Numbered from the stretch's first letter, positions 48,294 to 58,833 are shown. The stretch is 64,000 bases of DNA from an uncultured Shimia sp. (GCF_947493595.1 NZ_CANLRL010000004.1:143201-207200); one strand, 5' to 3'. A program made the numbers and translations. The notes: generated by a model from the letters alone, not told the origin.

Positions 48294-48990
48294 CGATATC
48301 AATATGTCGGAACCCGGCGCAGAGGCTGCGCAGGACGCGCCGCAACAGGAGGAAAGCCTGTTTGAAGCGCCGCCCGTTGCCGAGCAGGAGCGCATGTGCG
48401 AGGCGATCCTGTTTGCCAGCGCTGAGCCGGTGAGTGTTAAGGAAATGAACAACCGTATGCCACATGGCTGTGATGCGGCGGAGGCCTTGGTGCATCTGCG
48501 CAAGCGCTATGAGGGGCGGGGGGTACAGGTGGTCAAGGTGGGTGACGCTTGGGCGATGCGTACAGCACCAGACCTGGGTTTTTTGATGCAGAAAGAAACC
48601 GTGGAGACGCGCAAGCTGTCCCGTGCGGCTGTCGAGACATTGGCCATCATCGCATACCATCAGCCGGTGACACGTGCGGAAATTGAAGAAGTCCGTGGGG
48701 TGAGTGTGAGCCGTGGTACGGTGGATCAGTTGCTTGAGATGGAGTGGATCCGGTTTGGGCGGCGCAAGATGACGCCTGGGCGTCCCGTGACCTTTGTGGT
48801 CACGCCACAGTTTCTGGATCACTTTGGCTTGTCCAGCCCGCGTGACTTGCCGGGGCTCAAGGAGCTGCGGGCGGCCGGGCTCCTGGAAAACCGTCCACCA
48901 CCTGGCACAATTCCCTTGGGCGTGAATTCAGATGAAGACGATGATGGGATGGTCATCGACGAAGGTCAGTCCGAGATGTTTGAGGATTAA
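48286..48990 (+). CDS. scpB: Segregation and condensation protein B
   Basis: LSRAAVETLAIIAYHQPVTRAEIEEVRGV, PGRP...T..FLDHFGL. Confidence 0.95.
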   Translation: MSDDINMSEPGAEAAQDAPQQEESLFEAPPVAEQERMCEAILFASAEPVSVKEMNNRMPHGCDAAEALVHLRKRYEGRGVQVVKVGDAWAMRTAPDLGFLMQKETVETRKLSRAAVETLAIIAYHQPVTRAEIEEVRGVSVSRGTVDQLLEMEWIRFGRRKMTPGRPVTFVVTPQFLDHFGLSSPRDLPGLKELRAAGLLENRPPPGTIPLGVNSDEDDDGMVIDEGQSEMFED

Positions 48991-49075
48991 GTCTGCGTCA
49001 AAAATGGTCTGAAGCCCTATTATTGGCGCATTTGATACCTAGGTTACATTCAAGACAACGGGTGGAGTGACTCCT

Positions 49076-49306
49076 ATGAATGCCAATCAACTGATCAATA
49101 TGGTGACCCGGATGGTGATGCGCCGTCTGATCAACGGTGGCATTAATGCGGGGATCAATGCGGCTTCCAAAGCGCAGAAGAATAGGACGCAAGCAGAGCC
49201 GGGGCCTTGGGGAGAAAAATCGCAAGCCCCTAAGAATGCGCCCCAGCTTGATGCAAAACGTGCGAAGCAAGCCATGCGGGTGACCCGCAGGATTGGCCGC
49301 TTCTAA
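49076..49306 (+). CDS. Small basic hypothetical protein
   Basis: GGAG RBS; MNANQLINMVTRMVMRRLIN...AKQAMRVTRRIGRF. Confidence 0.65.
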   Translation: MNANQLINMVTRMVMRRLINGGINAGINAASKAQKNRTQAEPGPWGEKSQAPKNAPQLDAKRAKQAMRVTRRIGRF

Positions 49307-49312
49307 GCCCTC

Positions 49313-50389
49313 TTAGCTGGCTTTGAAGTGCTTGCTGAGCTTCAGGCCCTGACCCTGGTAATTTGACGCGATGCCGGAGCCGTAGAGCTGCTCTGGTACC
49401 TCAGCCATGCGCTCATAGACCAGACGACCTACCACCTGACCGTGTTCGAGCACAAACGGGGCTTCGTGACAGCGCACTTCCAAAACGCCGCGCGACCCTG
49501 TGCCGCCGGCGGCGTCATGGCCAAACCCGGGATCAAAGAAACCGGCGTAATGGACACGGAACTCGCCGACCATGGCCAGAAACGGCGCCATCTCAGCCGC
49601 GTAAGCTGGCGGGATGTGGACGGCTTCTCGGCTTACCAGAATGTAGAAGGCGCCGGGATCGAGGATGATTTGACCGTCGGAACTGTGCAGTTCTTCCCAA
49701 TAGTCTGCGGGATCATAGTGACCGATATTGTCGAGGTCGATCACGCCGGTATGTGGTTTGGCACGATACCCGACCAAAGTGCCCTCAGAGGGTTTCAGAT
49801 CGACCGAGAACCCCAATCCATCGTCGATTACGGCGTCGCCGTTCACCAGCGGGCTGCGGTCATGAAGCACGGTCAAATCGGCGTCGGTCAGAATGCTTTG
49901 ACCTTTGCGGAAACGAATTTGGTTGAGTCGCATTCCGGGGCGCACCAGCACAGAGAAACTGCGTGGACAGATTTCGGCATAGAGCGGTCCTGAGTATCCC
50001 GGTGCGATGCGGTCAAACTCGGTGCCACCATCGGTGATGGTACGGGTCAGCAGATCGAGACGGCCGGTGGAGCTTTTGGCATTGGCCACTGCTTGCACAT
50101 CGTCGGGCAGCGCGAGGCTCTCCATCAGCGGCACAACATAAACACAGCCTTTTTCCAACACGGCGCTGTTGGTCAGGTCGATGCGGTGCATTTCGAATTC
50201 GGACAGGCGATCTTGGACGCTGCGCCCGTTGCCCGCCAGGAAAGACGCACGCACGCGGTAGGCAACTGTGCCCAAGCGTAAATCGAGAGACGCCGGTTGA
50301 ACCTGGCCTTCCGACACAGGATCAGTGACTGAAATCTCGCCGGTTTGCAGCATGGTTTCAATGGTTTGGCTCGGAATAACACCGGTCAT
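49313..50389 (-). CDS. dcd: 2'-deoxycytidine 5'-triphosphate deaminase (two-domain alphaproteobacterial type)
   Basis: QPASLDLRLG, NAKSSTGRLD, RVHYAGFFDPGFG, LEVRCHE.PF. Confidence 0.92.
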   Translation of the reverse strand: MTGVIPSQTIETMLQTGEISVTDPVSEGQVQPASLDLRLGTVAYRVRASFLAGNGRSVQDRLSEFEMHRIDLTNSAVLEKGCVYVVPLMESLALPDDVQAVANAKSSTGRLDLLTRTITDGGTEFDRIAPGYSGPLYAEICPRSFSVLVRPGMRLNQIRFRKGQSILTDADLTVLHDRSPLVNGDAVIDDGLGFSVDLKPSEGTLVGYRAKPHTGVIDLDNIGHYDPADYWEELHSSDGQIILDPGAFYILVSREAVHIPPAYAAEMAPFLAMVGEFRVHYAGFFDPGFGHDAAGGTGSRGVLEVRCHEAPFVLEHGQVVGRLVYERMAEVPEQLYGSGIASNYQGQGLKLSKHFKAS

Positions 50390-50409
50390 TGGGTCGTCTC
50401 CAGATACAC

Positions 50410-50444
50410 AAAACGCCCGGGCCTTGCGGCACACGGGCGGTTTT
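50410..50444 (-). terminator. Terminator downstream of tRNA-Pro
   Basis: AAAACGCCCG...CGGGCGGTTTT stem immediately 3' of the tRNA. Confidence 0.65.
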
Positions 50445-50447
50445 GAT

Positions 50448-50524
50448 TGGTCGGGCTAGCAGGACTCGAACCTGCGACCTTCCGTCCCCCAGACGGACGC
50501 GCTACCAGGCTGCGCCATAGCCCG
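50448..50524 (-). tRNA. tRNA-Pro(GGG)
   Basis: Minus strand CGGGCTATGGCGCAGCCTGGTAGCGCG-TCCGT CT GGG GG ACGGA-AGGTCGCAGGTTCGAGTCCTGCTAGCCCGACCA; 77 nt, CCA encoded. Confidence 0.97.
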
Positions 50525-50597
50525 ACGATGGGCTGTTCATAACGAAATTGCGGGCGGGAGCAAGTCTTAAAATGCAAGTTTTGTCTCGCCCTGAATT

Positions 50598-52001
50598 TTA
50601 GCCAGCTTTGCCGTGAAGCGCCTCAAGGCGCGCCAGAAGATCTGCGGCGCGAGAGGCGTCTTTGCGGTCCACGGTCACAGGTTTGGTCAGCATCAGCAGG
50701 AAGTCGTCTCGCGCGGTTTCGCGGGCGACGAGGGTTTCCAAGTCAGGTGCGCTGGAAGGTGATATGGCCGAAAGGTCATTGGCCGTCTCTGTAGGCGCTT
50801 GTGGGGGCGGCGCGGACTTGGGTGCAGCGGCGCCTGAGCTGGACGGTGCGTTGGTCGTTGGCGCCTCTACAGAGCTTTCACTGTTGATGGCCGGTTCATC
50901 CGAAGCGTCGCTCATTGCAAGTGCTGACGGAGTCGTACCGTTGTCGCCGTCCGCCATCGTTTCAAGGCCAGGCACAAAGGCGGCGTTCGGAGCGGGTGTT
51001 TCTGGTTCCGCGGAAACGTCCGGGGACTGGAAGGGGGCCGGTGACGCTGCGTCCGAGGACGCAAGCTCGCCAAGCGGCTCGGCCTCTGTCGTATTGTCGC
51101 TTGTTGATTGGGCGGCATCCTCAGCCTCAGCTTCAACTGGGGCAACCGGAGTGTCCAGCGTGGCAAAAAGATCGTCCATCGGTGGCAACTCTTCAGGCCC
51201 ACCAGAGGAAGCCCCTGTTTCCACCTTAGGAGCTTGTTCCGATTCCGCCGCTGTGGCGGGCTCGGCTTGGTCGACTTCCGGTGCCTGTGCGGGGCTGGTC
51301 AAACCTGAGGGTAGCGGGCCTGTCTTAGACGAAGCTGCGGGCACATCATCTTCGATTTTGACCAGTAGATCCTCCGGAATGCCGGCGTTGTCTTCCTCCT
51401 CGACGTCTCCAACGGAGGTCTCAACATCCGGTTTGAAATCATCCGGTGCGGTGTAAAGCGTTTCTTCGGACGCCTCCTCAACGGTTTCTTCCTGGACAGC
51501 AATGTTCTCTTGGTTTGCGACATCTTCAAGCGGAGCGTCGGCTTCTGGCGGGTCCTCAAGGTCTGCGTCAACAGCTTCCACAGGCTCTTCCAGTTCAGCC
51601 TCTACTTCAGGAGGTTCGTCTTGGGGGATGCCGGCTTGCGGTTCTTCCTGCGGTGTCTCGACCGGCTCCAGGCCTGTTTCTTCGGTTACATCTTCCGCAA
51701 CCGCCTCAACAGGCTGGGCTTCCTCGTCTACAGGGCGGGACAGGCTGGAAACGTGTTTGACGCCCTTTTCGCGCAAAAGTTGCTGCGCCTCTTTGATTGG
51801 CATGCCGTCTTCGTGCAAAAGTTTTTTGAGGCCACCCAAGAGTTCCATGTCTTGCGGGCGATAATACCGCCGCCCACCGGCACGTTTCACGGGTTTGACC
51901 TGTGAAAACTTGCTTTCCCAAAAGCGCAAGACATGCGTTTGCACGTCTAGCCAGTCAGCGACTTCGCTAATAGTGCGAAATGCCTCACGCGATTTGGCCA
52001 T
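50598..52001 (-). CDS. MerR-family HTH protein with a long acidic Pro/Glu/Asp/Ala-rich tail
   Basis: FRTISEVA...[10 protein letters not shown]...[20 protein letters not shown]; conserved position between ihfA and tRNA-Pro. Confidence 0.88.
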   Translation of the reverse strand: MAKSREAFRTISEVADWLDVQTHVLRFWESKFSQVKPVKRAGGRRYYRPQDMELLGGLKKLLHEDGMPIKEAQQLLREKGVKHVSSLSRPVDEEAQPVEAVAEDVTEETGLEPVETPQEEPQAGIPQDEPPEVEAELEEPVEAVDADLEDPPEADAPLEDVANQENIAVQEETVEEASEETLYTAPDDFKPDVETSVGDVEEEDNAGIPEDLLVKIEDDVPAASSKTGPLPSGLTSPAQAPEVDQAEPATAAESEQAPKVETGASSGGPEELPPMDDLFATLDTPVAPVEAEAEDAAQSTSDNTTEAEPLGELASSDAASPAPFQSPDVSAEPETPAPNAAFVPGLETMADGDNGTTPSALAMSDASDEPAINSESSVEAPTTNAPSSSGAAAPKSAPPPQAPTETANDLSAISPSSAPDLETLVARETARDDFLLMLTKPVTVDRKDASRAADLLARLEALHGKAG

Positions 52002-52016
52002 GGAGTTTGTCTCGTC

Positions 52017-52319
52017 TTATTTTTTGTTGCCGGCTGCGACGCGATCTTTCATCAGATGCGACGGTCGAAAGGTCAGGACACGGCGGGGCTGGATCGGAAC
52101 TTCTTCGCCGGTTTTTGGGTTGCGACCGACACGGGCTGCTTTGTCCCGTACACTGAACGTCCCAAACGAGGAAATTTTGACCTGCTCACCTTGCACCAGG
52201 GCATCGGACATATGAGTCAGAATGCTTTCGACCAGTTGTGCGGAATCGTTTCTGGACAGGCCCACTTCGCGAAACACTGCTTCGCTGAGATCCATCCGGG
52301 TCAATGTCTTGTCAGTCAT
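52017..52319 (-). CDS. ihfA: Integration host factor alpha
   Basis: [38 protein letters not shown]. Confidence 0.96.
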   Translation of the reverse strand: MTDKTLTRMDLSEAVFREVGLSRNDSAQLVESILTHMSDALVQGEQVKISSFGTFSVRDKAARVGRNPKTGEEVPIQPRRVLTFRPSHLMKDRVAAGNKK

Positions 52320-52440
52320 GTGGTCCCCCCTGCCGGTACACGTTTCAAAAACCATAGGGGCAAGAGAAATTGGGAGTCAATGATTTGAACGGGAAGTGAG
52401 GCGATTATCTGCAATATTCGCCAATCACTTAGGTCAGTTT

Positions 52441-53415
52441 TCACCAACGCAGAACCACAGCGCCCCACGCCAGGCCGCCACCAATTGCCTCGGTCACCAG
52501 CAGGTCACCTTGCTTAATCTTGCCTTCGGCCACGCCAGTGGACAGGGCGAGCGGGATAGATGCGGCTGATGTGTTGCCGTGGTCTTGCACGGTTACAATC
52601 ACGCGCTCCATGGGGACGCCAAGTTTTTTTGCGGTGCCTTGGATGATGCGGATGTTTGCCTGATGTGGGACAATCCAGTCCACGGCATCATCGGTCAAAC
52701 CAATTTTTGTCAGGGCTGTGTGAGCGGTGGAGGTCAGTTTCTCAACTGCTTGGCGGAAAAGAGCATTTCCCTGCATGCGCAGCTTGCCAGCGTCGCCCGT
52801 AGTGGACACGCCGCCGTCCACAAACAGCATATCTTTGTAGCGGCCGTCAGAATTTAGGTCAGCACTTAAAACGCCGCGATCGGCGGTTTCCCCAGTGCCG
52901 TCCTGCGCTTCCAGAATTAGCGCGCCCGCGCCATCGCCAAACAGCACACAGGTGGCGCGATCTGTCCAGTCCATGATGCGGCTGAAGGTTTCCGCGCCGA
53001 TCACCAGAACACGCTGAGCCTGACCGGACAGGATCAGCGCATTGGCATTGGTCAATGCGTAAACAAAACCAGCGCAAACCGCCTGAACGTCAAACCCGAA
53101 GCCACGCGTCATGCCAATCTTTTGCTGCACCATGGTGGCGACAGACGGAAAGGTCAGATCTGGCGTGGATGTCGCGACAACCACCGCGTCGATGTCATCG
53201 GCGGTCAGGCCCGCGTTTTCCAAAGCTGCTTTGGCGGCAAAACTTGCAAGGTCGGACGTGGTCTCATCTTCAGCGGCAAAGTGCCGACGCTCAATACCCG
53301 AGCGGGTGCGAATCCACTCGTCCGAGGTGTCCAGAGATTTTTCGAATTCGGCGTTGGGAACGACCCGTTCCGGCAAGTAGTGGCCAACGCCCTTAACCAC
53401 GGCGCGTGTCGTCAT
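52441..53415 (-). CDS. fabH: 3-oxoacyl-ACP synthase III
   Basis: DTSDEWIRTRSGI, DVQAVCAGF, PHQAN, HGNTSAAS. Confidence 0.97.
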   Translation of the reverse strand: MTTRAVVKGVGHYLPERVVPNAEFEKSLDTSDEWIRTRSGIERRHFAAEDETTSDLASFAAKAALENAGLTADDIDAVVVATSTPDLTFPSVATMVQQKIGMTRGFGFDVQAVCAGFVYALTNANALILSGQAQRVLVIGAETFSRIMDWTDRATCVLFGDGAGALILEAQDGTGETADRGVLSADLNSDGRYKDMLFVDGGVSTTGDAGKLRMQGNALFRQAVEKLTSTAHTALTKIGLTDDAVDWIVPHQANIRIIQGTAKKLGVPMERVIVTVQDHGNTSAASIPLALSTGVAEGKIKQGDLLVTEAIGGGLAWGAVVLRW

Positions 53416-53438
53416 ATCAGTGCCTTGCTATTTTATTG

Positions 53439-54524
53439 TTATTCGTTTGTGCTGTCAGCATCTTGCGGCAGAGAAACAGCAGATGCAACCCGCGCCGCAA
53501 GCTTTTCAGAGAAGCCCGATTGCGCAAGTTTGAAGGCGAGTTTAACCGCGGCGGACACGCCGGTGGCATCCGAAGACCCGTGGGATTTCACCACAGTACC
53601 ATTCAGACCCAGGAACACGCCCCCGTTGACGCGCCGGGGATCGATGCGTTTGTTGAGACGATTCAGCGACGTATAAGCCAATAGGGCCGCCAAACGCGAT
53701 AGAGGGGAGAACTTGAAAGCTTCCTTGAGCAGTGAGCCGATCAGGCCTGCGGTGCCTTCGCCGGTTTTCAGCGCGACGTTGCCAGTGAACCCGTCGGTGA
53801 CAATCACATCAGCTTTGTCAGCGGGCAAATCATTGCCTTCCACAAAACCAACAAAGTCGTAGTTTGCGTTCTTGGCATTGCGGGCGATCAGGTCGTGCGC
53901 CAGCTTGAGCTCGGTGCGGCCTTTATGCTCTTCGGTGCCCACATTAAGCAACCCGACGCGGGGGCGCTCGAGGTCCATGCCGTTGCGGGCATAGGAGGCG
54001 CCCATCAGCGCGTATTGCAACAAATCATGCTCGTCGGCGCTAATGTCGGCACCGGCGTCGAGCATGATGTTGAAGCCTTGTGGTGCGCGGGAGGGCCAGA
54101 GCACGGCAATGGCCGGACGGTCCACGCCAAGAATTTTGCGCAGCCGCACAACCGAGAGCATCATCAAAGCGCCGGTATTGCCACAACTGACCACGCCGTC
54201 TGCTTCGCCGCTGCGCACCGATTCCAATGCGGACCACATAGATGTGGTTTTGGAGCGGATCACATCTCGGGGTTTGTCTTCCATCGACACCACGTCAGAG
54301 GCGTCGCGAATCTCAACCCGGCCATCCAGAATGCGCTTGCGCGCGACCAGCTTCTCAAGCTCGTCTTTGGGGCCATGCAAAATGAAAGCAATGTCTGGGT
54401 TGATCTTCGCAGAATGCGAAATGCCGGCAACAACAGCTGCCGGCCCGCGATCGCCACCCATGGCGTCAACTGAGATTACTGTGCGCCCGCTGCCGGGGTT
54501 TGCTGTTTGCGCCAAACCGGTCAT
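53439..54524 (-). CDS. plsX: Phosphate acyltransferase
   Basis: SVDAMGGD, SCGNTGAL, LLNVGTEEHKG, DGFTGNVALK, KSHGS. Confidence 0.96.
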   Translation of the reverse strand: MTGLAQTANPGSGRTVISVDAMGGDRGPAAVVAGISHSAKINPDIAFILHGPKDELEKLVARKRILDGRVEIRDASDVVSMEDKPRDVIRSKTTSMWSALESVRSGEADGVVSCGNTGALMMLSVVRLRKILGVDRPAIAVLWPSRAPQGFNIMLDAGADISADEHDLLQYALMGASYARNGMDLERPRVGLLNVGTEEHKGRTELKLAHDLIARNAKNANYDFVGFVEGNDLPADKADVIVTDGFTGNVALKTGEGTAGLIGSLLKEAFKFSPLSRLAALLAYTSLNRLNKRIDPRRVNGGVFLGLNGTVVKSHGSSDATGVSAAVKLAFKLAQSGFSEKLAARVASAVSLPQDADSTNE

Positions 54525-54544
54525 GCGGGCTCAGATCCCGTTGT

Positions 54545-54751
54545 TTATGCTGCGTCTTCGTCCAGATCGACGTCGTCCACCATCGCAACGACTTCGCGGT
54601 CGCTGTAGTGGCCGCAAGAAGCACATACGTGGTGCGGGCGCTTCAGTTCGCCACAGTTCTCACATTCGTTAGGGTTCGCTGCAACCAGGGCGTCATGTGC
54701 ACGGCGGTTGTTGCGGCGCGATTTCGATACTTTGTTCTGCTGGACAGCCAT
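54545..54751 (-). CDS. rpmF: 50S ribosomal protein L32 (Zn-ribbon form)
   Basis: [19 protein letters not shown]...CENCG...HHVCASCG. Confidence 0.96.
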   Translation of the reverse strand: MAVQQNKVSKSRRNNRRAHDALVAANPNECENCGELKRPHHVCASCGHYSDREVVAMVDDVDLDEDAA

Positions 54752-54890
54752 GTCGCAACCTTTGATTTACTTGGGGGCCGGAGCCCGGTTTCCTGAGCGT
54801 TTGGAGCCTCTACGCGGTAAGCGCGCCCGAGTCCAACGCTAAATTCGAATGAGCGCGCGAAAATACTGCGATTTCCGCACAACGCAAGCC

Positions 54891-55451
54891 CTATTCGTCC
54901 TCTTTTGAGCCCAACTGGTCACGCAAGGCTGCCAATCCGGCAAAGGGGCGGACGTCTTCGTCTGTCATGGCCTTTTTTCCGGCCTCCGTAAAGACGGCTT
55001 CTTGCAATTCAGCCCCGTCCGCTCGTGGAAATTGCGGAATGTTGAGCGCTAGTGCCTCGTGCAGGATTGCTTCAACGTCGATATGTGTTTCCAAAGGCTC
55101 AGAGTTTTCGTCCTCGGGCATTTCGATTTCTTCGTCATCGTCAGGCAATTCCGGCATCTGCGCGAGGAAACGGCGCTCGATTTTCTCGTCGATCCGAGTT
55201 GTAACCGGTTCCAGCGTGACCACGCAGGGCTGCACAACAGTGGCCCCTAGGGCGCCAACCAACTCCCAGTCATTTTTTCCGTATGCGCGTATTTCGCCAG
55301 TAAAAACAACTTTACGCAAAGTTGTGAGGCCAAGCGCGTCAGCCAGTGCGCCAAGCTCTTTGGCGTTTGGCCGCAGATCAAAGCCAGTTGGGCGATTCTG
55401 TCGGAGGTCGGCCACGCGGAATGTGGAAGTGGGGGAGGCGCTTGAAGACAT
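54891..55451 (-). CDS. yceD: YceD/DUF177 family protein
   Basis: VVQPCVVTLEPV...EALALNIPQFPR...RPFAGLAAL; directly upstream of rpmF. Confidence 0.85.
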   Translation of the reverse strand: MSSSASPTSTFRVADLRQNRPTGFDLRPNAKELGALADALGLTTLRKVVFTGEIRAYGKNDWELVGALGATVVQPCVVTLEPVTTRIDEKIERRFLAQMPELPDDDEEIEMPEDENSEPLETHIDVEAILHEALALNIPQFPRADGAELQEAVFTEAGKKAMTDEDVRPFAGLAALRDQLGSKEDE

Positions 55452-55569
55452 GTTTCTGACTTTGAGTTGAGGTCGGTTGCAATGTGGACACGTGTTGTCA
55501 TCTTGAACCATACGCGTTCCTTCTGTAAGCGAGATAAAAGGCAAGACGGGCCAAGACAAGAGGGCAGGC

Positions 55570-56043
55570 ATGAAGATGCGAACCAAAGTGATCAAATATG
55601 CGGTCATGGGAGCGGCCATGCTGTCCTTGGCGTCCTGCGCCACGCGCTATCGCAATCATGGCTATGTGCCGACCGAAGAAGAACTGGCGTCTATCACGTT
55701 GGGCGTAGACACGCGGGACACGGTTGTCGAGACCTTTGGACCTCCATCAGCTTCCGGTGTTCTGGATGACAGTGGCTATATTTATGTGCGCTCGCGTATC
55801 AAACATTTCGGTCCAACCCGACCCGAGGTCGTTGACCGGCAGGTGGTGGTTATTGGGTTCGACACCAAAGGCATAGCGCGAAACGTTGAGCGTTACGCTT
55901 TGGAAGATGGGCGGTTTGTGCCGTTGCAGCGCCGTATCACCGACAATGGAATCGAGACCGGTGGTTTGTTGCGTCAACTGGGGGCGAATATTGGCAACTT
56001 TGGACCATCTGGAGCGCCAACCGCGAGCAACGGAAGTTTCTAA
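55570..56043 (+). CDS. bamE: Outer membrane protein assembly lipoprotein BamE
   Basis: Lipobox LASC, GYVP, TRDTVVETFGPPS, V.I.FD..G. Confidence 0.88.
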   Translation: MKMRTKVIKYAVMGAAMLSLASCATRYRNHGYVPTEEELASITLGVDTRDTVVETFGPPSASGVLDDSGYIYVRSRIKHFGPTRPEVVDRQVVVIGFDTKGIARNVERYALEDGRFVPLQRRITDNGIETGGLLRQLGANIGNFGPSGAPTASNGSF

Positions 56044-56121
56044 AAGTACCAGCGTGATCCGCCTTTGTGGGTTTGTCATTCGGTTGTCACCGCATCTCTG
56101 ATAGGCTGGCGCCGGAAAGGG

Positions 56122-56868
56122 ATGCAGATGAACGAGGCGATTCAAGAGGTTGGTCGATACCGTGTGCGGGTCTCGCAAACTGCGCGCGACTTGCGGGCGG
56201 CGCAACGTCTGCGCCAATTGGCTTTCCACGGTGATGACACAACACTTGATGTGGATGCCTATGATCCACATTGCCGGCATTACCTGATTGAAGACGTCGC
56301 AAATGGGCGTTTGGTGTGTGTTTTCAGGATGTTGCCTCTCAACGGTGGGGCGGACATCGACCGTAGCTATTCCGCACAGTTTTATGAGTTAGACGCGCTA
56401 AAAACCTATCCTGGCCGCATGGTTGAAATGGGTCGGTTTTGTATGCACCCGGAAGTGCATGATGCGGACGTGCTGCGCATCGCTTGGGGTGCAATGACCA
56501 GCTATGTGGACGAAAACAATGTGGAATTGCTGTTTGGCTGCGCCTCCTTTGAAGGCACGGATACCAGCAGTTATCTTGATAGCTTTGCAATGTTGCGCGA
56601 TCGGCATCTGGCGCCAAATCGATGGTTGCCGCGGGTGAAGGCGCCCAACGTGTTTCGTTTTGCCTCTCGGTTGCGGCGTAAGCCAAATCTCAAAGCGGCG
56701 CAGTTGAGCATGCCACCTATGCTGCGCAGCTATCTTTTGATGGGCGGGTGGGTCAGCGACCATGCGGTGGTCGATCAGAAAATGAACACGTTACATGTGT
56801 TTACCGGCGTCGAGGTGAAGGCGATCCCTGCGGCCCGAAAGCGGCTTTTGCGGGCTTTGGCCTGCTAG
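56122..56868 (+). CDS. glsB: GNAT-fold aminolipid N-acyltransferase (GlsB/OlsB family); synteny with bamE favours glutamine-lipid GlsB
   Basis: AAQRLR...F, D.YD..C.H, EMGRFC.HP, LFGCASF, MPPMLRSYL..GG.V.DHAVVD. Confidence 0.7.
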   Translation: MQMNEAIQEVGRYRVRVSQTARDLRAAQRLRQLAFHGDDTTLDVDAYDPHCRHYLIEDVANGRLVCVFRMLPLNGGADIDRSYSAQFYELDALKTYPGRMVEMGRFCMHPEVHDADVLRIAWGAMTSYVDENNVELLFGCASFEGTDTSSYLDSFAMLRDRHLAPNRWLPRVKAPNVFRFASRLRRKPNLKAAQLSMPPMLRSYLLMGGWVSDHAVVDQKMNTLHVFTGVEVKAIPAARKRLLRALAC

Positions 56869-56917
56869 CCGCATAGGCGCGGTTGACGGGGCGGCGTGTG
56901 CGGGCTAGGCGCATGCT

Positions 56918-58732
56918 ATGGCACGTATACCTCTTTTACAGATGAGCGATATCTCCCTGACATTTGGCGGAGATCCGGTTTTTGATCAGTTGAACCTTGT
57001 GGTGCAACCCGGTGATCGGGTGGCGCTGGTAGGGCGCAACGGTTCGGGCAAATCAACCTTGATGAAGGTCATGGCGGGGCTGGTCGAGCCAGACCGAGGC
57101 GACATCGTTGTTCCGCCGGGTGTGAGCGTCGGGTATATGGAGCAAGACCCTGATATGAAAGGGTTTGCCACGCTTGGTGATTTTGCCTCGGCAGCTTTGG
57201 AGCCGGGTGAGATGTACAAGGTCGAACGGGCAGGGGAAGGGTTGAAGTTTGATCCGGCACGCGCGGTTGAGACGGCCTCTGGTGGCGAACGTCGGCGCGC
57301 GGCTTTGGCGCGGCTGATGGCGGAAGCGCCGGAGCTGATGTTGTTGGACGAGCCAACCAACCACCTTGATATTGAAGCGATTGCCTGGCTTGAAGAAGAG
57401 CTGAAAGCGACACGGGCAGGCTATGTGTTGATCAGCCACGACCGGGCGTTTTTGCGCGCTTTGACCCGTGCAACCCTTTGGATTGACAGGGGAATGGTGC
57501 GTCGTCAGGAAAAAGGCTTTGAGGATTTTGAAGCCTGGCGCGACAAGGTCTGGGACGAAGAAGACCTGCAGCGCCATAAGATGGATCGCAAGATCAAGGC
57601 CGAGGCGCGGTGGGCTGTGGAAGGCATCAGCGCGCGGCGCAAGCGCAACCAAGGGCGTGTGCGGGCGTTGAAAGATCTGCGGGCGGAACGGTCCGCGATG
57701 ATCAAGCGACAAGGCTCGGCGGCGATGGAACTGTCTGCGGGTCCGAAGTCAGGTAAAAAAGTGATAGATGCCAAAGGTTTGTCGAAGTCTTACGACGGTA
57801 AGAGCATTGTGCAGGACTTTTCGCTGACGGTGCAGCGGGGCGACCGTGTTGCCTTTGTTGGGCCTAACGGCGTGGGCAAAACCACTTTGATCAAAATGTT
57901 GATGGGCGAGCTGGAACCGGATGCGGGGACTGTGTCGTTGGGCACCAATCTGCTGCCTGCGGTGTTTGATCAGGCGCGGGCCAAGCTGGATCCGGAGATG
58001 ACGCTTTGGGACAGCCTCACAGGCGATCCAGAGATGCGGGTTTCGGGTAAGGCCGATCAAGTGATGGTGCGCGGTAATCCCAAGCATGTGGTTGGATATC
58101 TTAAAGAATTTCTGTTCGATGATCGGCAGGCGCGGGCGCCGGTGCGGTCTTTGTCGGGGGGCGAGAAGGCGCGGTTGTTGTTGGCGAAACTGATGGCCAA
58201 GGAGAGCAATCTTCTGGTCATGGACGAACCGACCAACGATCTGGATGTCGAGACCCTCGATCTTCTCCAAGAACTGTTAGATGACTATGACGGCACCGTG
58301 CTGTTGGTGAGCCACGACCGGGATTTTCTCGATCGGGTGGCCACCACAACCATTGCCATGGAGGGGAACGGTCAGGCGGTGACCTATGCCGGAGGCTGGT
58401 CTGACTATCGGGCGCAGCGGCAGGAAGACGCACCGAAAAAGGCTGAGAAAACAAAGCAAAAGGCTGAGAAGGCAAAGGCCGAGAAGGCCGCGCCTACCGC
58501 TGGTTTAAGCTTCACCGAGAAGCACCGCCTGGAGGCATTGCCGGGTATCATGGAACGGCTTGAGGCAGAGATCGCAAAGTTGGAAGGCTTCATGGCGGAC
58601 CCGGAGTTGTTCACCAAAGAACCGGTAAAATTCCAGAAAGCTACAGAGGCGTTGGTGGAGCGTCAAACGGCTTTGCAAGACGCCGAAGAAGAGTGGCTGG
58701 TGCTGGAAGAAAAGGCCGAAAGCAACAGCTGA
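56918..58732 (+). CDS. uup: ABC-F family ATPase (Uup-like)
   Basis: Two ABC domains (GRNGSGKST, GPNGVGKTT), DEPTNHLD/DEPTNDLD, C-terminal coiled coil, no TM segments. Confidence 0.85.
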   Translation: MARIPLLQMSDISLTFGGDPVFDQLNLVVQPGDRVALVGRNGSGKSTLMKVMAGLVEPDRGDIVVPPGVSVGYMEQDPDMKGFATLGDFASAALEPGEMYKVERAGEGLKFDPARAVETASGGERRRAALARLMAEAPELMLLDEPTNHLDIEAIAWLEEELKATRAGYVLISHDRAFLRALTRATLWIDRGMVRRQEKGFEDFEAWRDKVWDEEDLQRHKMDRKIKAEARWAVEGISARRKRNQGRVRALKDLRAERSAMIKRQGSAAMELSAGPKSGKKVIDAKGLSKSYDGKSIVQDFSLTVQRGDRVAFVGPNGVGKTTLIKMLMGELEPDAGTVSLGTNLLPAVFDQARAKLDPEMTLWDSLTGDPEMRVSGKADQVMVRGNPKHVVGYLKEFLFDDRQARAPVRSLSGGEKARLLLAKLMAKESNLLVMDEPTNDLDVETLDLLQELLDDYDGTVLLVSHDRDFLDRVATTTIAMEGNGQAVTYAGGWSDYRAQRQEDAPKKAEKTKQKAEKAKAEKAAPTAGLSFTEKHRLEALPGIMERLEAEIAKLEGFMADPELFTKEPVKFQKATEALVERQTALQDAEEEWLVLEEKAESNS

Positions 58733-58833
58733 TTTTCACGTCGGTAAGACGTCGGTATTGCGGCTGCTTTACGACTGTCCACTGGTTTTGAATATGTTGC
58801 GGCGTCACGGCGCCGCAACTTTTGATTTACGTC

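Noticed and set aside
50448-50524. tRNA-Pro as an integration site for an island
   Set aside because: No integrase and no duplicated tRNA 3' end were seen; the flanks are core genes (dcd, MerR-ihfA).
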